Below, in pieces: positions 23,838 through 38,957 of a DNA stretch of 64,000 nucleotides. Source of the DNA: Escherichia coli (GTDB taxonomy: Bacteria > Pseudomonadota > Gammaproteobacteria > Enterobacterales > Enterobacteriaceae). The position numbers were made by a program, and so were the translations under genes. The number at the start of each line of letters is the position of its first letter. The first letter of the stretch is position 1. A model generated the notes under the pieces. That model was given only the letters and a program-made list of their open reading frames with translations. It did no database searches and was not told the DNA's origin. Location of the stretch: assembly GCF_003334405.1 (NCBI RefSeq), contig NZ_QOWM01000001.1; one strand, written 5' to 3'.

Positions 23838-25040
23838 ATGTTAAAAGTGGAAATGTTATCCACCGGGGATGAAGTGTTACACGGGCAAATCGTTGACACT
23901 AACGCTGCCTGGCTGGCCGATTTTTTCTTTCATCAGGGGTTGCCATTATCTCGCCGCAATACGGTGGGGGATAACCTTGATGACTTAGTCACCATTCTTC
24001 GCGAACGTAGTCAGCACGCCGATGTGCTGATCGTTAACGGCGGGCTGGGACCGACCAGCGATGATTTAAGCGCACTCGCCGCTGCGACAGCAAAAGGTGA
24101 AGGCCTGGTGCTGCATGAAGCCTGGCTCAAAGAGATGGAACGCTATTTCCACGAACGTGGACGAGTAATGGCACCGAGCAACCGTAAACAAGCGGAGCTG
24201 CCTGCCAGTGCTGAATTTATCAATAACCCGGTAGGCACCGCCTGTGGTTTTGCCGTGCAGCTTAATCGTTGCCTGATGTTCTTTACTCCCGGCGTACCGT
24301 CAGAATTTAAGGTGATGGTCGAGCACGAAATCCTGCCGCGCCTGCGCGAGCGTTTTTCTTTACCGCAGCCGCCGGTTTGTCTGCGTTTGACTACTTTTGG
24401 TCGTTCGGAAAGCGATCTGGCACAAAGCCTGGACACTCTACAACTGCCGCCGGGCGTAACAATGGGCTATCGCTCCTCAATGCCTATCATCGAACTGAAA
24501 CTCACCGGACCGGCAAGCGAGCAACAGGCGATGGAAAAACTGTGGCTGGATGTTAAACGTGTTGCCGGACAGAGCGTGATTTTCGAAGGCACTGAAGGAC
24601 TGCCCGCGCAGATCAGTCGCGAATTGCAAAACCGCCAGTTCAGCCTGACGTTGAGCGAGCAATTCACCGGTGGTTTATTGGCTTTGCAACTTTCTCGCGC
24701 AGGTGCTCCATTGCTGGCGTGTGAAGTGGTTCCTTCACAGGAGGAAACCCTGGCGCAAACTGCGCACTGGATTACAGAACGGCGGGCCAACCATTTTGCC
24801 GGGCTGGCACTGGCTGTTTCGGGTTTCGAGAACGAGCATCTCAACTTTGCGCTAGCCACGCCAGACGGCACTTTCGCTCTGCGTGTGCGTTTCAGCACTA
24901 CGCGCTACAGCCTGGCTATCCGTCAGGAAGTGTGCGCAATGATGGCACTGAATATGCTGCGCCGTTGGTTAAACGGCCAGGATATCGCCAGTGAGCATGG
25001 CTGGATTGAGGTTGTTGAGTCCATGACCTTATCTGTCTGA
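23838..25040 (+). CDS. yfaY: CinA-like protein YfaY
   Basis: 400-aa ORF, MoaB/MogA-like N-terminal domain (GDEVLHGQIVDTN). Confidence 0.85.
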   Translation: MLKVEMLSTGDEVLHGQIVDTNAAWLADFFFHQGLPLSRRNTVGDNLDDLVTILRERSQHADVLIVNGGLGPTSDDLSALAAATAKGEGLVLHEAWLKEMERYFHERGRVMAPSNRKQAELPASAEFINNPVGTACGFAVQLNRCLMFFTPGVPSEFKVMVEHEILPRLRERFSLPQPPVCLRLTTFGRSESDLAQSLDTLQLPPGVTMGYRSSMPIIELKLTGPASEQQAMEKLWLDVKRVAGQSVIFEGTEGLPAQISRELQNRQFSLTLSEQFTGGLLALQLSRAGAPLLACEVVPSQEETLAQTAHWITERRANHFAGLALAVSGFENEHLNFALATPDGTFALRVRFSTTRYSLAIRQEVCAMMALNMLRRWLNGQDIASEHGWIEVVESMTLSV

Positions 25041-25259
25041 TTCCGCCACTCTGTGCCGGTTTACTGCACCGGCACATTCCCCCTCCGGCAAAATTTGTCC
25101 AACCTGTTGTACTCAATAAGAAAAAATCCGTGCGCTGATTCACAAATTTGTGCGTAATTTCTCCAGTCTGCTGGACGAGGAGCGGGATTTGATGCGCTTC
25201 ACAATTTTACTCCCCCTGAGCAACGAGACTGATTCCAGTATCTAAGACTGGAGTCCAGT

Positions 25260-26042
25260 ATGTTGGAATCAAGCAAAGTTCCCGCCCTGACACGGGCTAT
25301 TGATATTCTCAATTTGATTGCCCGCATTGGCCCCTGTAGTGCTGCGACGATCATTGACACATTGGGAATCCCTAAAAGCACGGCCTATTTGCTGCTTAAT
25401 GAACTCAGGCGTCAGCGTTTTCTTAGCCTTGATCACCAGGAAAATTTTTGTTTGTGGACCAGGCTGGTGGAGCTTTCCGGTCATGCGTTAAGCAAGATGG
25501 ATCTCCGGGAACTGGCTCGACCGCGTTTGACGCAACTGATGGATACCACCGGGCTGTTATGTCACCTGGGGATTATTGATAACGGCAGCGCTTATTACAT
25601 TTTGAAAGTGGAGTCATCAGCCACTATCAGCGTGCGTTCCCATGAAGGAAAAAGCCTTTCGCTTTATCGCTCCGGAATAGGTAAATGCCTGCTTGCCTGG
25701 CAACCTGCAGCGGTACAGCAAAGTATTATCGAAGGGCTGGTCTGGGAGCAGGCGACACCCACAACGATTACTCATCCACAGCAACTTCACGAAGAACTGG
25801 CGCGTATTCGCCGTCAGGGCTGGAGCTATGACAACGGCGAAGATTACGCCGATGTCCGTTGTGTCGCTGCGCCGGTGTTTAACGCCAATAACGAGCTTAC
25901 CGCTGCGATCTCGGTGGTCGGTACCCGCTTACAAATCAATGAAGAATACCGTGATTATCTGGCGGGCAAGGCCATTGCCTGCGCCAGGGATATTTCACGT
26001 CTGTTGGGATGGAAAAGTCCCTTTGACTTACAAGCCTCATAA
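25260..26042 (+). CDS. rhmR: IclR-family transcriptional regulator of L-rhamnonate utilisation
   Basis: 260 aa, N-terminal HTH and IclR effector domain. Confidence 0.85.
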
Positions 26043-26056
26043 CAATGGAGAACATC

Positions 26057-27262
26057 ATGACCCTACCAAAAATTAAACAGGTTCGCGCCTGGTTTACTGG
26101 CGGTGCGACAGCAGAAAAAGGCGCTGGCGGCGGTGATTATCACGACCAGGGGGCGAATCACTGGATAGACGATCATATTGCCACCCCGATGAGTAAATAC
26201 CGCGATTACGAGCAGTCACGCCAGTCATTTGGCATTAACGTTCTTGGCACGTTGGTTGTTGAAGTCGAAGCAGAAAACGGCCAGACCGGATTCGCCGTTT
26301 CGACAGCCGGTGAAATGGGCTGTTTTATTGTCGAAAAACATCTTAACCGTTTCATTGAGGGTAAATGTGTCAGTGATATCAAACTGATCCACGATCAAAT
26401 GCTCAGTGCCACCCTGTATTACTCCGGCTCTGGTGGCCTGGTGATGAATACGATTTCTTGTGTCGATCTGGCTCTGTGGGATCTGTTCGGCAAAGTGGTC
26501 GGGCTTCCGGTTTATAAACTTTTAGGCGGCGCTGTTCGTGATGAGATTCAGTTCTACGCCACAGGTGCGCGTCCGGATCTGGCAAAAGAGATGGGCTTTA
26601 TCGGTGGCAAAATGCCGACGCACTGGGGGCCACATGATGGCGATGCGGGGATCCGCAAAGATGCCGCTATGGTCGCGGATATGCGTGAAAAATGCGGTGA
26701 GGATTTCTGGTTAATGCTCGACTGCTGGATGAGTCAGGACGTGAACTATGCGACCAAACTGGCCCACGCTTGCGCGCCCTATAACCTGAAATGGATCGAA
26801 GAGTGCCTGCCGCCACAGCAGTATGAAAGTTATCGCGAACTGAAACGCAACGCGCCAGTCGGAATGATGGTCACCAGCGGTGAGCACCACGGCACACTGC
26901 AATCTTTTCGTACGCTTTCAGAAACCGGTATCGACATTATGCAGCCGGATGTTGGCTGGTGCGGTGGTTTAACCACGCTGGTGGAAATTGCCGCAATCGC
27001 CAAATCCAGGGGGCAACTGGTGGTGCCGCACGGTTCGTCTGTTTACTCTCACCATGCGGTGATCACCTTCACCAATACGCCATTCAGCGAATTCCTGATG
27101 ACCAGCCCGGATTGTTCAACGATGCGTCCGCAGTTTGACCCGATTCTGCTCAATGAGCCGGTTCCGGTGAATGGTCGTATTCATAAATCAGTGCTTGATA
27201 AACCCGGTTTTGGCGTCGAACTCAATCGTGACTGCAATTTGAAACGCCCCTACAGCCACTAA
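26057..27262 (+). CDS. rhmD: L-rhamnonate dehydratase (enolase superfamily)
   Basis: 401-aa product from the second in-frame ATG of the 405-aa ORF. Confidence 0.9.
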
Positions 27263-27318
27263 TCACTCCGGGCGTTGCTGTGACAACGGTAACGCCCACA
27301 TATTCTAAGGAGCTTTTT

Positions 27319-28608
27319 ATGAGCACCGCTTTGCTTGACGCCGTGGTGAAGAAAAACCGTGTGCGTTTAATTCCGTTTATGTTGGCGCTGTATGTGCTGG
27401 CGTTTCTCGACCGTTCGAATATCGGTTTTGCCAAACAGACCTACCAGATTGATACCGGGTTGAGTAATGAAGCTTATGCGCTGGGAGCAGGCATTTTCTT
27501 TGTGGTATATGCGTTTCTGGGTGTTCCGGCGAATCTTTTGATGCGCAAACTGGGGGCCAGAACCTGGATTGGTACGACAACACTGCTGTGGGGATTTCTT
27601 TCGGCAGCCATGGCATGGGCCGATACTGAAGCGAAATTTCTGATAGTTCGCACTCTGCTTGGTGCTGCGGAGGCCGGATTTTTCCCTGGTATGATTTATC
27701 TCACCTCGCAATGGTTTCCGCAGCGTAATCGCGCCAGCATTATGGGGCTGTTCTATATGGGCGCACCGCTGGCGTTAACACTGGGATCACCGCTTTCCGG
27801 CGCGCTGTTGGAGATGCATGGATTTATGGGGCATCCCGGCTGGTTCTGGATGTTTGTGATTGAAGGATTGTTGGCAGTCGGTGCTGGGGTATTCACATTC
27901 TTTTGGCTTGATGACACACCGGAGCAGGCACGTTTTCTGAGTAAACAAGAAAAAACGTTGCTTATCAATCAACTGGCAAGTGAAGAACAACAGAAAGTGA
28001 CTTCTCGGCTGAGCGATGCGCTGCGTAATGGCCGAGTCTGGCAACTAGCGATTATCTACCTGACCATTCAGGTGGCGGTTTACGGATTAATTTTCTTCCT
28101 GCCGACCCAGGTTGCGGCATTGCTGGGAACAAAAGTGGGCTTTACAGCGTCGGTGGTCACCGCCATTCCGTGGGTTGCGGCCTTGTTTGGGACCTGGCTT
28201 ATTCCGCGCTATTCCGATAAAACCGGCGAACGGCGTAATGTCGCAGCGCTGACATTACTGGCGGCGGGCATTGGTATTGGTCTGTCCGGGCTGCTTTCTC
28301 CAGTAATGGCGATCGTAGCGCTGTGTGTTGCAGCTATCGGGTTTATTGCCGTGCAGCCAGTGTTCTGGACGATGCCGACACAACTGCTTTCCGGTACGGC
28401 GCTGGCTGCGGGAATTGGTTTTGTAAACCTGTTTGGTGCAGTGGGCGGGTTTATTGCCCCGATCCTGCGCGTGAAAGCAGAAACGTTATTTGCCAGCGAT
28501 GCGGCGGGATTACTGACGCTGGCAGCGGTGGCGGTCATCGGTTCGCTGATTATTTTCACTCTGCGTGTAAATCGCACTGTTGCGCAGACCGACGTGGCAC
28601 ATCATTAA
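27319..28608 (+). CDS. rhmT: MFS transporter (putative L-rhamnonate permease)
   Basis: 429-aa product from internal Met of the 442-aa ORF, 12-TM MFS-like. Confidence 0.85.
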
Positions 28609-28625
28609 ATAGGTTAAGGAACACG

Positions 28626-29429
28626 ATGAACGCATTATTAAGCAATCCCTTTAAAGAACGTTTACGCAAGGGCGAAGTGCAAATTGGTCTGTGGTTAAGC
28701 TCAACGACTGCCTATATGGCAGAAATTGCCGCCACTTCTGGTTATGACTGGTTGCTGATTGACGGGGAGCACGCGCCAAACACCATTCAGGATCTTTATC
28801 ATCAGCTACAGGCGGTAGCGCCCTATGCCAGCCAACCCGTGATCCGTCCGGTGGAAGGCAGTAAACCGCTGATTAAACAAGTCCTGGATATTGGCGCGCA
28901 AACTCTACTGATCCCGATGGTCGATACTGCCGAACAGGCACGTCAGGTGGTGTCTGCCACGCGCTATCCTCCCTACGGTGAGCGTGGTGTCGGGGCCAGT
29001 GTGGCACGGGCTGCGCGCTGGGGACGCATTGAGAATTACATGGCGCAAGTTAACGATTCGCTTTGTCTGTTGGTGCAGGTGGAAAGTAAAACGGCACTGG
29101 ATAACCTGGACGAAATCCTCGACGTCGAAGGGATTGATGGCGTGTTTATTGGACCTGCGGATCTTTCTGCGTCGTTGGGCTACCCGGATAACGCCGGGCA
29201 CCCGGAAGTGCAGCGAATTATTGAAACCAGTATTCGGCGGATCCGTGCTGCGGGTAAAGCGGCTGGTTTTCTGGCTGTGGCTCCTGATATGGCGCAGCAA
29301 TGCCTGGCGTGGGGAGCGAACTTTGTCGCTGTTGGCGTTGACACGATGCTCTACAGCGATGCCCTGGATCAACGACTGGCGATGTTTAAATCAGGCAAAA
29401 ATGGGCCACGCATAAAAGGTAGTTATTGA
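28626..29429 (+). CDS. rhmA: 2-keto-3-deoxy-L-rhamnonate aldolase (HpcH/HpaI family)
   Basis: 267-aa product from ATG at 28626 ([11 protein letters not shown]...); longer ORF from 28323 overlaps rhmT and is rejected. Confidence 0.9.
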
Positions 29430-29469
29430 TATCAAAGGCCCATGGGGATCGGCTGTGGGCCTGTGTTAA

Positions 29470-29655
29470 TTAGTGGTTATTCGCTGCCAGATCGGCTTCG
29501 CTTAGCTGGGTGGCCGCGAGCACCTGGTCACGATCAAAGCCCTGTTCCAGCATGCGCAAAGCAATTTTAATGGCTTGTTCATGCAAACCTTCTAATTTAC
29601 CTTCCTGCCAGCCAATTTGATGTCCTTCCTGCCGCAGCCGTTCAGCAATAGTCAT
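29470..29655 (-). CDS. ypaA: YpaA, free-standing duplicate of the RpnE C-terminal module
   Basis: 61-aa ORF whose DNA and protein closely match the last 56 codons of rpnE; identical SD/ATG context AAAAGGAGAGATTAATGACT. Confidence 0.7.
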   Translation of the reverse strand: MTIAERLRQEGHQIGWQEGKLEGLHEQAIKIALRMLEQGFDRDQVLAATQLSEADLAANNH

Positions 29656-29667
29656 TAATCTCTCCTT

Positions 29668-30567
29668 TTAATGACAGTTCGGAATATCAGCATCAGTGAG
29701 TTGGGTTGTCGCCAGCACAATCTCACGTTCAAAGCCCTGCTCCAGCATGCGCAAAGCAATTTTAATGGCTTGTTCATGCATACCTTCCTGCCAGCCAATT
29801 TGATGCCCTTCCTGCCGTAGCCGTTCAGCAATAGTCATTAATCTCTCCTTTTGTAGTGGTGAACGTTCGGCAATCTCCTCAATAAAACGGGTGAAACGGG
29901 AGGTATCGCCGCATTGCAGCAGATAATTAAACAGTGTTTGTAGCTGGCTGTCATTAGTGAAGCCTCTAACCAAAAGCGTGGTGATCCTGTCGACCATGCC
30001 GATTAAATCGCGGTCGCGAATATGCTTTTGAATCAGTTCCAGCAGAGCTATACGCCGATGTTGCATGATCTCATCGTCAGGTACGATGGTGATATCCACC
30101 AACGGAAAAGCTTCGGTGTACAACTGCCGGGCAAGTTGCGGATCGTCAAACTCATCCAGCCAGTTGAGTGAGTACGGGTAAGGCGAGGTTTCGCCATGAT
30201 AAAACAGCAACGGCACCACCAGCGGGACTCTGTCATAGCCTTTGTCCAGGTGACGCTGCATGGCGGCAGTGGCATAGCGCATTAGCCGAAAAGCCATATT
30301 CTTTTCTGCAGAGCTTTGATGTTCAATCACGCAGTAGATATAGCCGTCACCGTCGCTGGTTTCCACGGACCACAAAACATCCGAGTAGTAAGCGCGTAAA
30401 CTTTTTTCAATAAAACTAGTGGGTTCCAGGCGTAAGGTTTGCAGGTTGCAAAGCTTGCGCAGTGGTTCTGGTAAATGTATTTCGAGAAAATCCCGTGCGG
30501 TTTCGGGTGTGAACATAAAGGTTTTAAATACCGCATCATGCGGGGAGGAGGTTGTTGATTCGGTCAT
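29668..30567 (-). CDS. rpnE: Rpn-family (YhgA-like, transposase_31 / PD-(D/E)xK-type) recombination-promoting nuclease
   Basis: 299 aa, recalled as K-12 YfaD/RpnE; internal in-frame ATG at 29836-29838 preceded by GGAGAG. Confidence 0.85.
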   Translation of the reverse strand: MTESTTSSPHDAVFKTFMFTPETARDFLEIHLPEPLRKLCNLQTLRLEPTSFIEKSLRAYYSDVLWSVETSDGDGYIYCVIEHQSSAEKNMAFRLMRYATAAMQRHLDKGYDRVPLVVPLLFYHGETSPYPYSLNWLDEFDDPQLARQLYTEAFPLVDITIVPDDEIMQHRRIALLELIQKHIRDRDLIGMVDRITTLLVRGFTNDSQLQTLFNYLLQCGDTSRFTRFIEEIAERSPLQKERLMTIAERLRQEGHQIGWQEGMHEQAIKIALRMLEQGFEREIVLATTQLTDADIPNCH

Positions 30568-30718
30568 GGTTGTCCGTCACCTGATATTTATGATGACGCG
30601 ACATTACGGTTATCCCAGGCCTTTGACATCTGCCAGTTTCAGCCTTTGCGAGACGTTTTCAGAGGAATTTTCACTGCGTTGCAACGCATACATTGGGCAC
30701 GGAATCGTGTACGCAAAA

Positions 30719-30748
30719 ATGCCCGGTAACCACATGCTTACCGGGCAT
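30719..30748 (-). terminator. intrinsic terminator of glpACB
   Basis: 11-bp stem ATGCCCGGTAA / TTACCGGGCAT, 12 nt past the glpC stop, followed on the minus strand by UUUUGCG. Confidence 0.55.
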
Positions 30749-30759
30749 CAGAAAGGAGT

Positions 30760-34824
<4,065 letters not shown>

Positions 34825-35096
34825 TGTTATCCCTCTGAAGTTCGTTTTTTACCATTTAGCCATAGTAAAAACATGAATTGTTTGATTTCGCGCATATTCG
34901 CTCATAATTCGAAAGTGAAACGTGATTTCATGCGTCATTTTGAACATTTTGTAAATCTTATTTAATAATGTGTGCGGCAATTCACATTTAATTTATGAAT
35001 GTTTTCTTAACATCGCGGCAACTCAAGAAACGGCAGGTTCTCTCACTGAATCAGGCTGTTAATCATAAATAAGACCACGGGCCACGGAGGCTATCA
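34825..35096. promoter_or_regulatory. divergent glpACB / glpTQ control region with CRP site at 34971-34986
   Basis: 272-bp AT-rich spacer; TGTGCGGCAATTCACA matches CRP consensus; several TTCG/CGAA half-site-like motifs may be GlpR operators. Confidence 0.65.
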
Positions 35097-36455
35097 ATGT
35101 TGAGTATTTTTAAACCAGCGCCACACAAAGCGCGCTTACCTGCCGCGGAGATCGATCCGACTTATCGTCGATTGCGCTGGCAAATTTTCCTGGGGATATT
35201 CTTTGGCTATGCGGCTTACTATTTGGTTCGTAAGAACTTTGCGCTTGCTATGCCTTATCTGGTTGAGCAGGGATTCTCACGCGGTGATTTAGGTTTTGCC
35301 CTTTCGGGGATCTCGATTGCTTATGGATTTTCGAAATTCATCATGGGTTCGGTATCGGATCGCTCGAATCCGCGCGTTTTCCTGCCCGCAGGTTTGATTC
35401 TGGCGGCGGCAGTGATGTTGTTTATGGGCTTTGTGCCATGGGCGACGTCGAGCATTGCGGTGATGTTTGTACTGTTGTTCCTCTGCGGTTGGTTCCAGGG
35501 GATGGGGTGGCCGCCGTGTGGTCGTACTATGGTGCACTGGTGGTCGCAGAAAGAACGTGGCGGCATTGTGTCAGTGTGGAACTGTGCGCACAACGTCGGT
35601 GGTGGTATTCCGCCGCTGCTGTTCCTGCTGGGGATGGCCTGGTTCAATGACTGGCATGCGGCGCTCTATATGCCTGCTTTCTGCGCCATTCTGGTGGCAT
35701 TATTCGCCTTTGCGATGATGCGCGATACCCCGCAATCCTGTGGCTTGCCGCCGATCGAAGAGTACAAAAATGATTATCCGGACGACTATAACGAAAAAGC
35801 GGAACAGGAGCTGACGGCGAAGCAAATCTTCATGCAGTACGTACTGCCGAACAAACTGCTGTGGTATATCGCCATCGCCAACGTGTTCGTTTATCTGCTG
35901 CGTTACGGCATCCTCGACTGGTCACCGACTTATCTGAAAGAGGTTAAGCATTTCGCGCTAGATAAATCCTCCTGGGCCTACTTCCTTTATGAATATGCAG
36001 GTATTCCGGGCACTCTGCTGTGCGGCTGGATGTCGGATAAAGTCTTCCGTGGCAACCGTGGGGCAACCGGCGTTTTCTTTATGACACTGGTGACCATCGC
36101 GACTATCGTTTACTGGATGAACCCGGCAGGTAACCCAACCGTCGATATGATTTGTATGATTGTTATCGGCTTCCTGATCTACGGTCCTGTGATGCTGATC
36201 GGTCTGCATGCGCTGGAACTGGCACCGAAAAAAGCGGCAGGTACGGCAGCGGGCTTTACCGGGCTGTTTGGTTACCTGGGCGGTTCGGTGGCGGCGAGCG
36301 CGATTGTTGGCTACACCGTGGACTTCTTCGGCTGGGATGGCGGCTTTATGGTAATGATTGGCGGCAGCATTCTGGCGGTTATCTTGTTGATTGTTGTGAT
36401 GATTGGCGAAAAACGTCGCCATGAACAATTACTGCAAGAACGCAACGGAGGCTAA
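35097..36455 (+). CDS. glpT: glycerol-3-phosphate:phosphate antiporter (MFS)
   Basis: 452 aa, recognised as GlpT. Confidence 0.95.
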
Positions 36456-36459
36456 TGGC

Positions 36460-37536
36460 ATGAAATTGACGCTGAAAAACCTTAGCATGGCGATCATGAT
36501 GAGCACTATAGTCATGGGAAGCAGTGCAATGGCGGCGGACAGCAACGAAAAAATAGTCATCGCCCATCGCGGTGCCAGTGGATATTTGCCGGAGCATACG
36601 CTGCCAGCAAAAGCGATGGCGTATGCGCAGGGAGCGGATTATCTGGAACAGGATTTGGTGATGACCAAAGACGACAATCTGGTTGTTCTGCATGACCATT
36701 ACCTCGATCGTGTTACTGATGTTGCCGATCGTTTCCCGGATCGGGCGCGCAAAGACGGTCGTTACTACGCGATAGATTTCACGCTGGATGAAATTAAGTC
36801 GTTGAAATTTACCGAAGGTTTCGATATTGAAAACGGTAAAAAAGTGCAGACTTATCCGGGGCGTTTCCCAATGGGTAAGTCCGACTTCCGGGTGCACACC
36901 TTTGAAGAAGAGATTGAATTTGTTCAGGGGTTAAATCACTCTACCGGGAAAAATATCGGTATTTATCCAGAAATCAAAGCGCCGTGGTTCCATCATCAGG
37001 AAGGGAAGGATATTGCGGCAAAAACGCTGGAAGTGCTGAAGAAATATGGTTACACCGGTAAAGACGATAAAGTTTATTTGCAATGTTTTGATGCTGATGA
37101 GCTGAAGCGTATTAAGAATGAGCTGGAACCCAAAATGGGCATGGAGCTCAATCTGGTACAGCTGATTGCCTATACCGACTGGAATGAAACGCAGCAGAAA
37201 CAGCCGGATGGAAGCTGGGTTAATTACAACTACGACTGGATGTTTAAGCCGGGTGCCATGAAACAGGTGGCGGAATATGCAGATGGTATTGGTCCGGATT
37301 ACCATATGTTGATTGAGGAGACATCGCAGCCGGGTAATATCAAACTCACTGGCATGGTGCAAGATGCTCAGCAGAATAAACTGGTAGTGCATCCTTATAC
37401 CGTGCGGTCAGATAAACTGCCTGAATACACTCCTGATGTGAATCAGTTATATGATGCTCTGTATAACAAAGCGGGTGTAAATGGGCTGTTTACTGATTTC
37501 CCTGATAAGGCAGTAAAATTTCTTAATAAAGAGTAA
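36460..37536 (+). CDS. glpQ: periplasmic glycerophosphodiester phosphodiesterase
   Basis: 358-aa product with signal peptide (MKLTLKNLSMAIMMSTIVMGSSAMA) and HRGASGYLPEHT motif. Confidence 0.95.
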   Translation: MKLTLKNLSMAIMMSTIVMGSSAMAADSNEKIVIAHRGASGYLPEHTLPAKAMAYAQGADYLEQDLVMTKDDNLVVLHDHYLDRVTDVADRFPDRARKDGRYYAIDFTLDEIKSLKFTEGFDIENGKKVQTYPGRFPMGKSDFRVHTFEEEIEFVQGLNHSTGKNIGIYPEIKAPWFHHQEGKDIAAKTLEVLKKYGYTGKDDKVYLQCFDADELKRIKNELEPKMGMELNLVQLIAYTDWNETQQKQPDGSWVNYNYDWMFKPGAMKQVAEYADGIGPDYHMLIEETSQPGNIKLTGMVQDAQQNKLVVHPYTVRSDKLPEYTPDVNQLYDALYNKAGVNGLFTDFPDKAVKFLNKE

Positions 37537-37544
37537 TGTTACTG

Positions 37545-37570
37545 CAGGATGGCGTTCATGCGCCATCCTG
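37545..37570 (+). terminator. glpTQ intrinsic terminator
   Basis: 10-bp stem CAGGATGGCG / CGCCATCCTG, followed by T-rich TCTCATATCAAATTTTT. Confidence 0.55.
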
Positions 37571-37577
37571 TCTCATA

Positions 37578-37784
37578 TCAAATTTTTCCAATCGCCACTA
37601 ATTGTTCCATGCACATTTGTAGTAAAAACAGTGGACTGCCTTCTACCGGCTTTTCTTTAGCCAGCAACGAAATCTGTCGATAGAAAGTTGGTTCGAGAGG
37701 AACGGAACACAATTCACCTGCAATGCTTTTCAGCGTTAACTCTGGTTGTAAGGCGATGCCTAATCCCTGTCGAATAAAATTCAT
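37578..37784 (-). pseudogene. yfaH: yfaH, remnant of a LysR-family regulator (C-terminal effector-domain fragment only)
   Basis: 68-aa ORF resembling a LysR C-terminus; no HTH-encoding region upstream. Confidence 0.6.
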
Positions 37785-37998
37785 CGCTGTATCCGCCTGA
37801 TTAAATTCACATTTTATCTGCTGGGCGCACTATTAGTGGTAGTGGCTGGTGGAATCTATGCGCTGCAAATGAAGGGTAAAAGCGGTGTCAAGCTAGTAGT
37901 GGCAAAAGAAATTCATTAATACGACACGTTTCATTAAGATTTTCCTCAGGTAACCACCTATAGTCATTGTCGTTAATAAAAATGACAGGCGATAGGGT

Positions 37999-38649
37999 AT
38001 GGCAGTTTCAGCAAAGTACGACGAATTTAATCACTGGTGGGCAACAGAGGGCGACTGGGTTGAAGAGCCTAACTATCGCCGTAATGGTATGAGCGGGGTG
38101 CAATGCGTCGAGCGCAACGGCAAAAAGCTGTATGTAAAGCGCATGACGCATCATCTGTTTCATTCCGTACGTTATCCGTTCGGCCGACCAACGATTGTCC
38201 GTGAGGTTGCGGTAATTAAAGAACTGGAACGGGCCGGTGTCATCGTGCCGAAGATCGTTTTTGGTGAAGCGGTGAAAATTGAGGGTGAATGGCGAGCGTT
38301 GCTGGTGACTGAAGATATGGCGGGGTTCATCAGCATTGCTGACTGGTATGCCCAGCATGCAGTATCGCCTTATTCTGACGAAGTACGGCAAGCCATGTTG
38401 AAAGCAGTGGCGCTGGCGTTTAAGAAAATGCATAGCATTAATCGTCAGCATGGCTGTTGTTATGTTCGCCATATCTATGTGAAAACAGAAGGTAATGCAG
38501 AAGCTGGTTTTCTTGACCTGGAGAAAAGTCGTCGCCGCTTGCGTCGCGATAAAGCGATTAATCATGACTTCCGCCAGCTGGAAAAATATCTGGAGCCAAT
38601 CCCCAAAGCGGACTGGGAGCAGGTGAAAGCGTATTACTACGCCATGTAA
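37999..38649 (+). CDS. inaA: InaA, Kdo/WaaP-like lipopolysaccharide kinase family protein
   Basis: 216 aa, recognised as InaA. Confidence 0.9.
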   Translation: MAVSAKYDEFNHWWATEGDWVEEPNYRRNGMSGVQCVERNGKKLYVKRMTHHLFHSVRYPFGRPTIVREVAVIKELERAGVIVPKIVFGEAVKIEGEWRALLVTEDMAGFISIADWYAQHAVSPYSDEVRQAMLKAVALAFKKMHSINRQHGCCYVRHIYVKTEGNAEAGFLDLEKSRRRLRRDKAINHDFRQLEKYLEPIPKADWEQVKAYYYAM

Positions 38650-38655
38650 TCGTTG

Positions 38656-38696
38656 TAGGCCAGATAAGACGCATAAGCGTTGTATCTGGCACTACA
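38656..38696. repeat. REP-like palindromic element between convergent inaA and yfaE
   Basis: GTAGGCCAGATAAGACGC ... GCGTTGTATCTGGCACTAC imperfect inverted repeat. Confidence 0.55.
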
Positions 38697-38702
38697 ACCA
38701 AT

Positions 38703-38957
38703 TCACATCTCGATTTCAATATCGCCTTTTGCCCGGCAACAACAGGGCAAAATTTCCCCCGGCTGAATAAAGGCTAACGGTTCGGCAATCCAGTCAACTT
38801 GACCTGCAACCAGGCGTGTGCGACAGGAGCCGCAGTAACCTTCGCGACACTGGTACTCAACCGCCACATTGTGGGATTCCAGCGCCGCCAGAAGGGAAGG
38901 GTGTTCATCCTGGCACAGCAGTTGTGTGCCAGTGATGCGCAGGGTAACGCGGGCCAT
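38703..38957 (-). CDS. yfaE: 2Fe-2S ferredoxin YfaE (NrdB diferric-tyrosyl radical maintenance)
   Basis: 84 aa with CxxxxCxxC cysteine cluster; TGATG overlap with nrdB stop. Confidence 0.9.
   Translation of the reverse strand: MARVTLRITGTQLLCQDEHPSLLAALESHNVAVEYQCREGYCGSCRTRLVAGQVDWIAEPLAFIQPGEILPCCCRAKGDIEIEM

Noticed and set aside
29668-30567. Insertion sequence or transposon (the rpnE product is transposase_31-like)
   Set aside because: There are no terminal inverted repeats, target-site duplications or IS-type transposase; Rpn-family genes are chromosomal nuclease genes.
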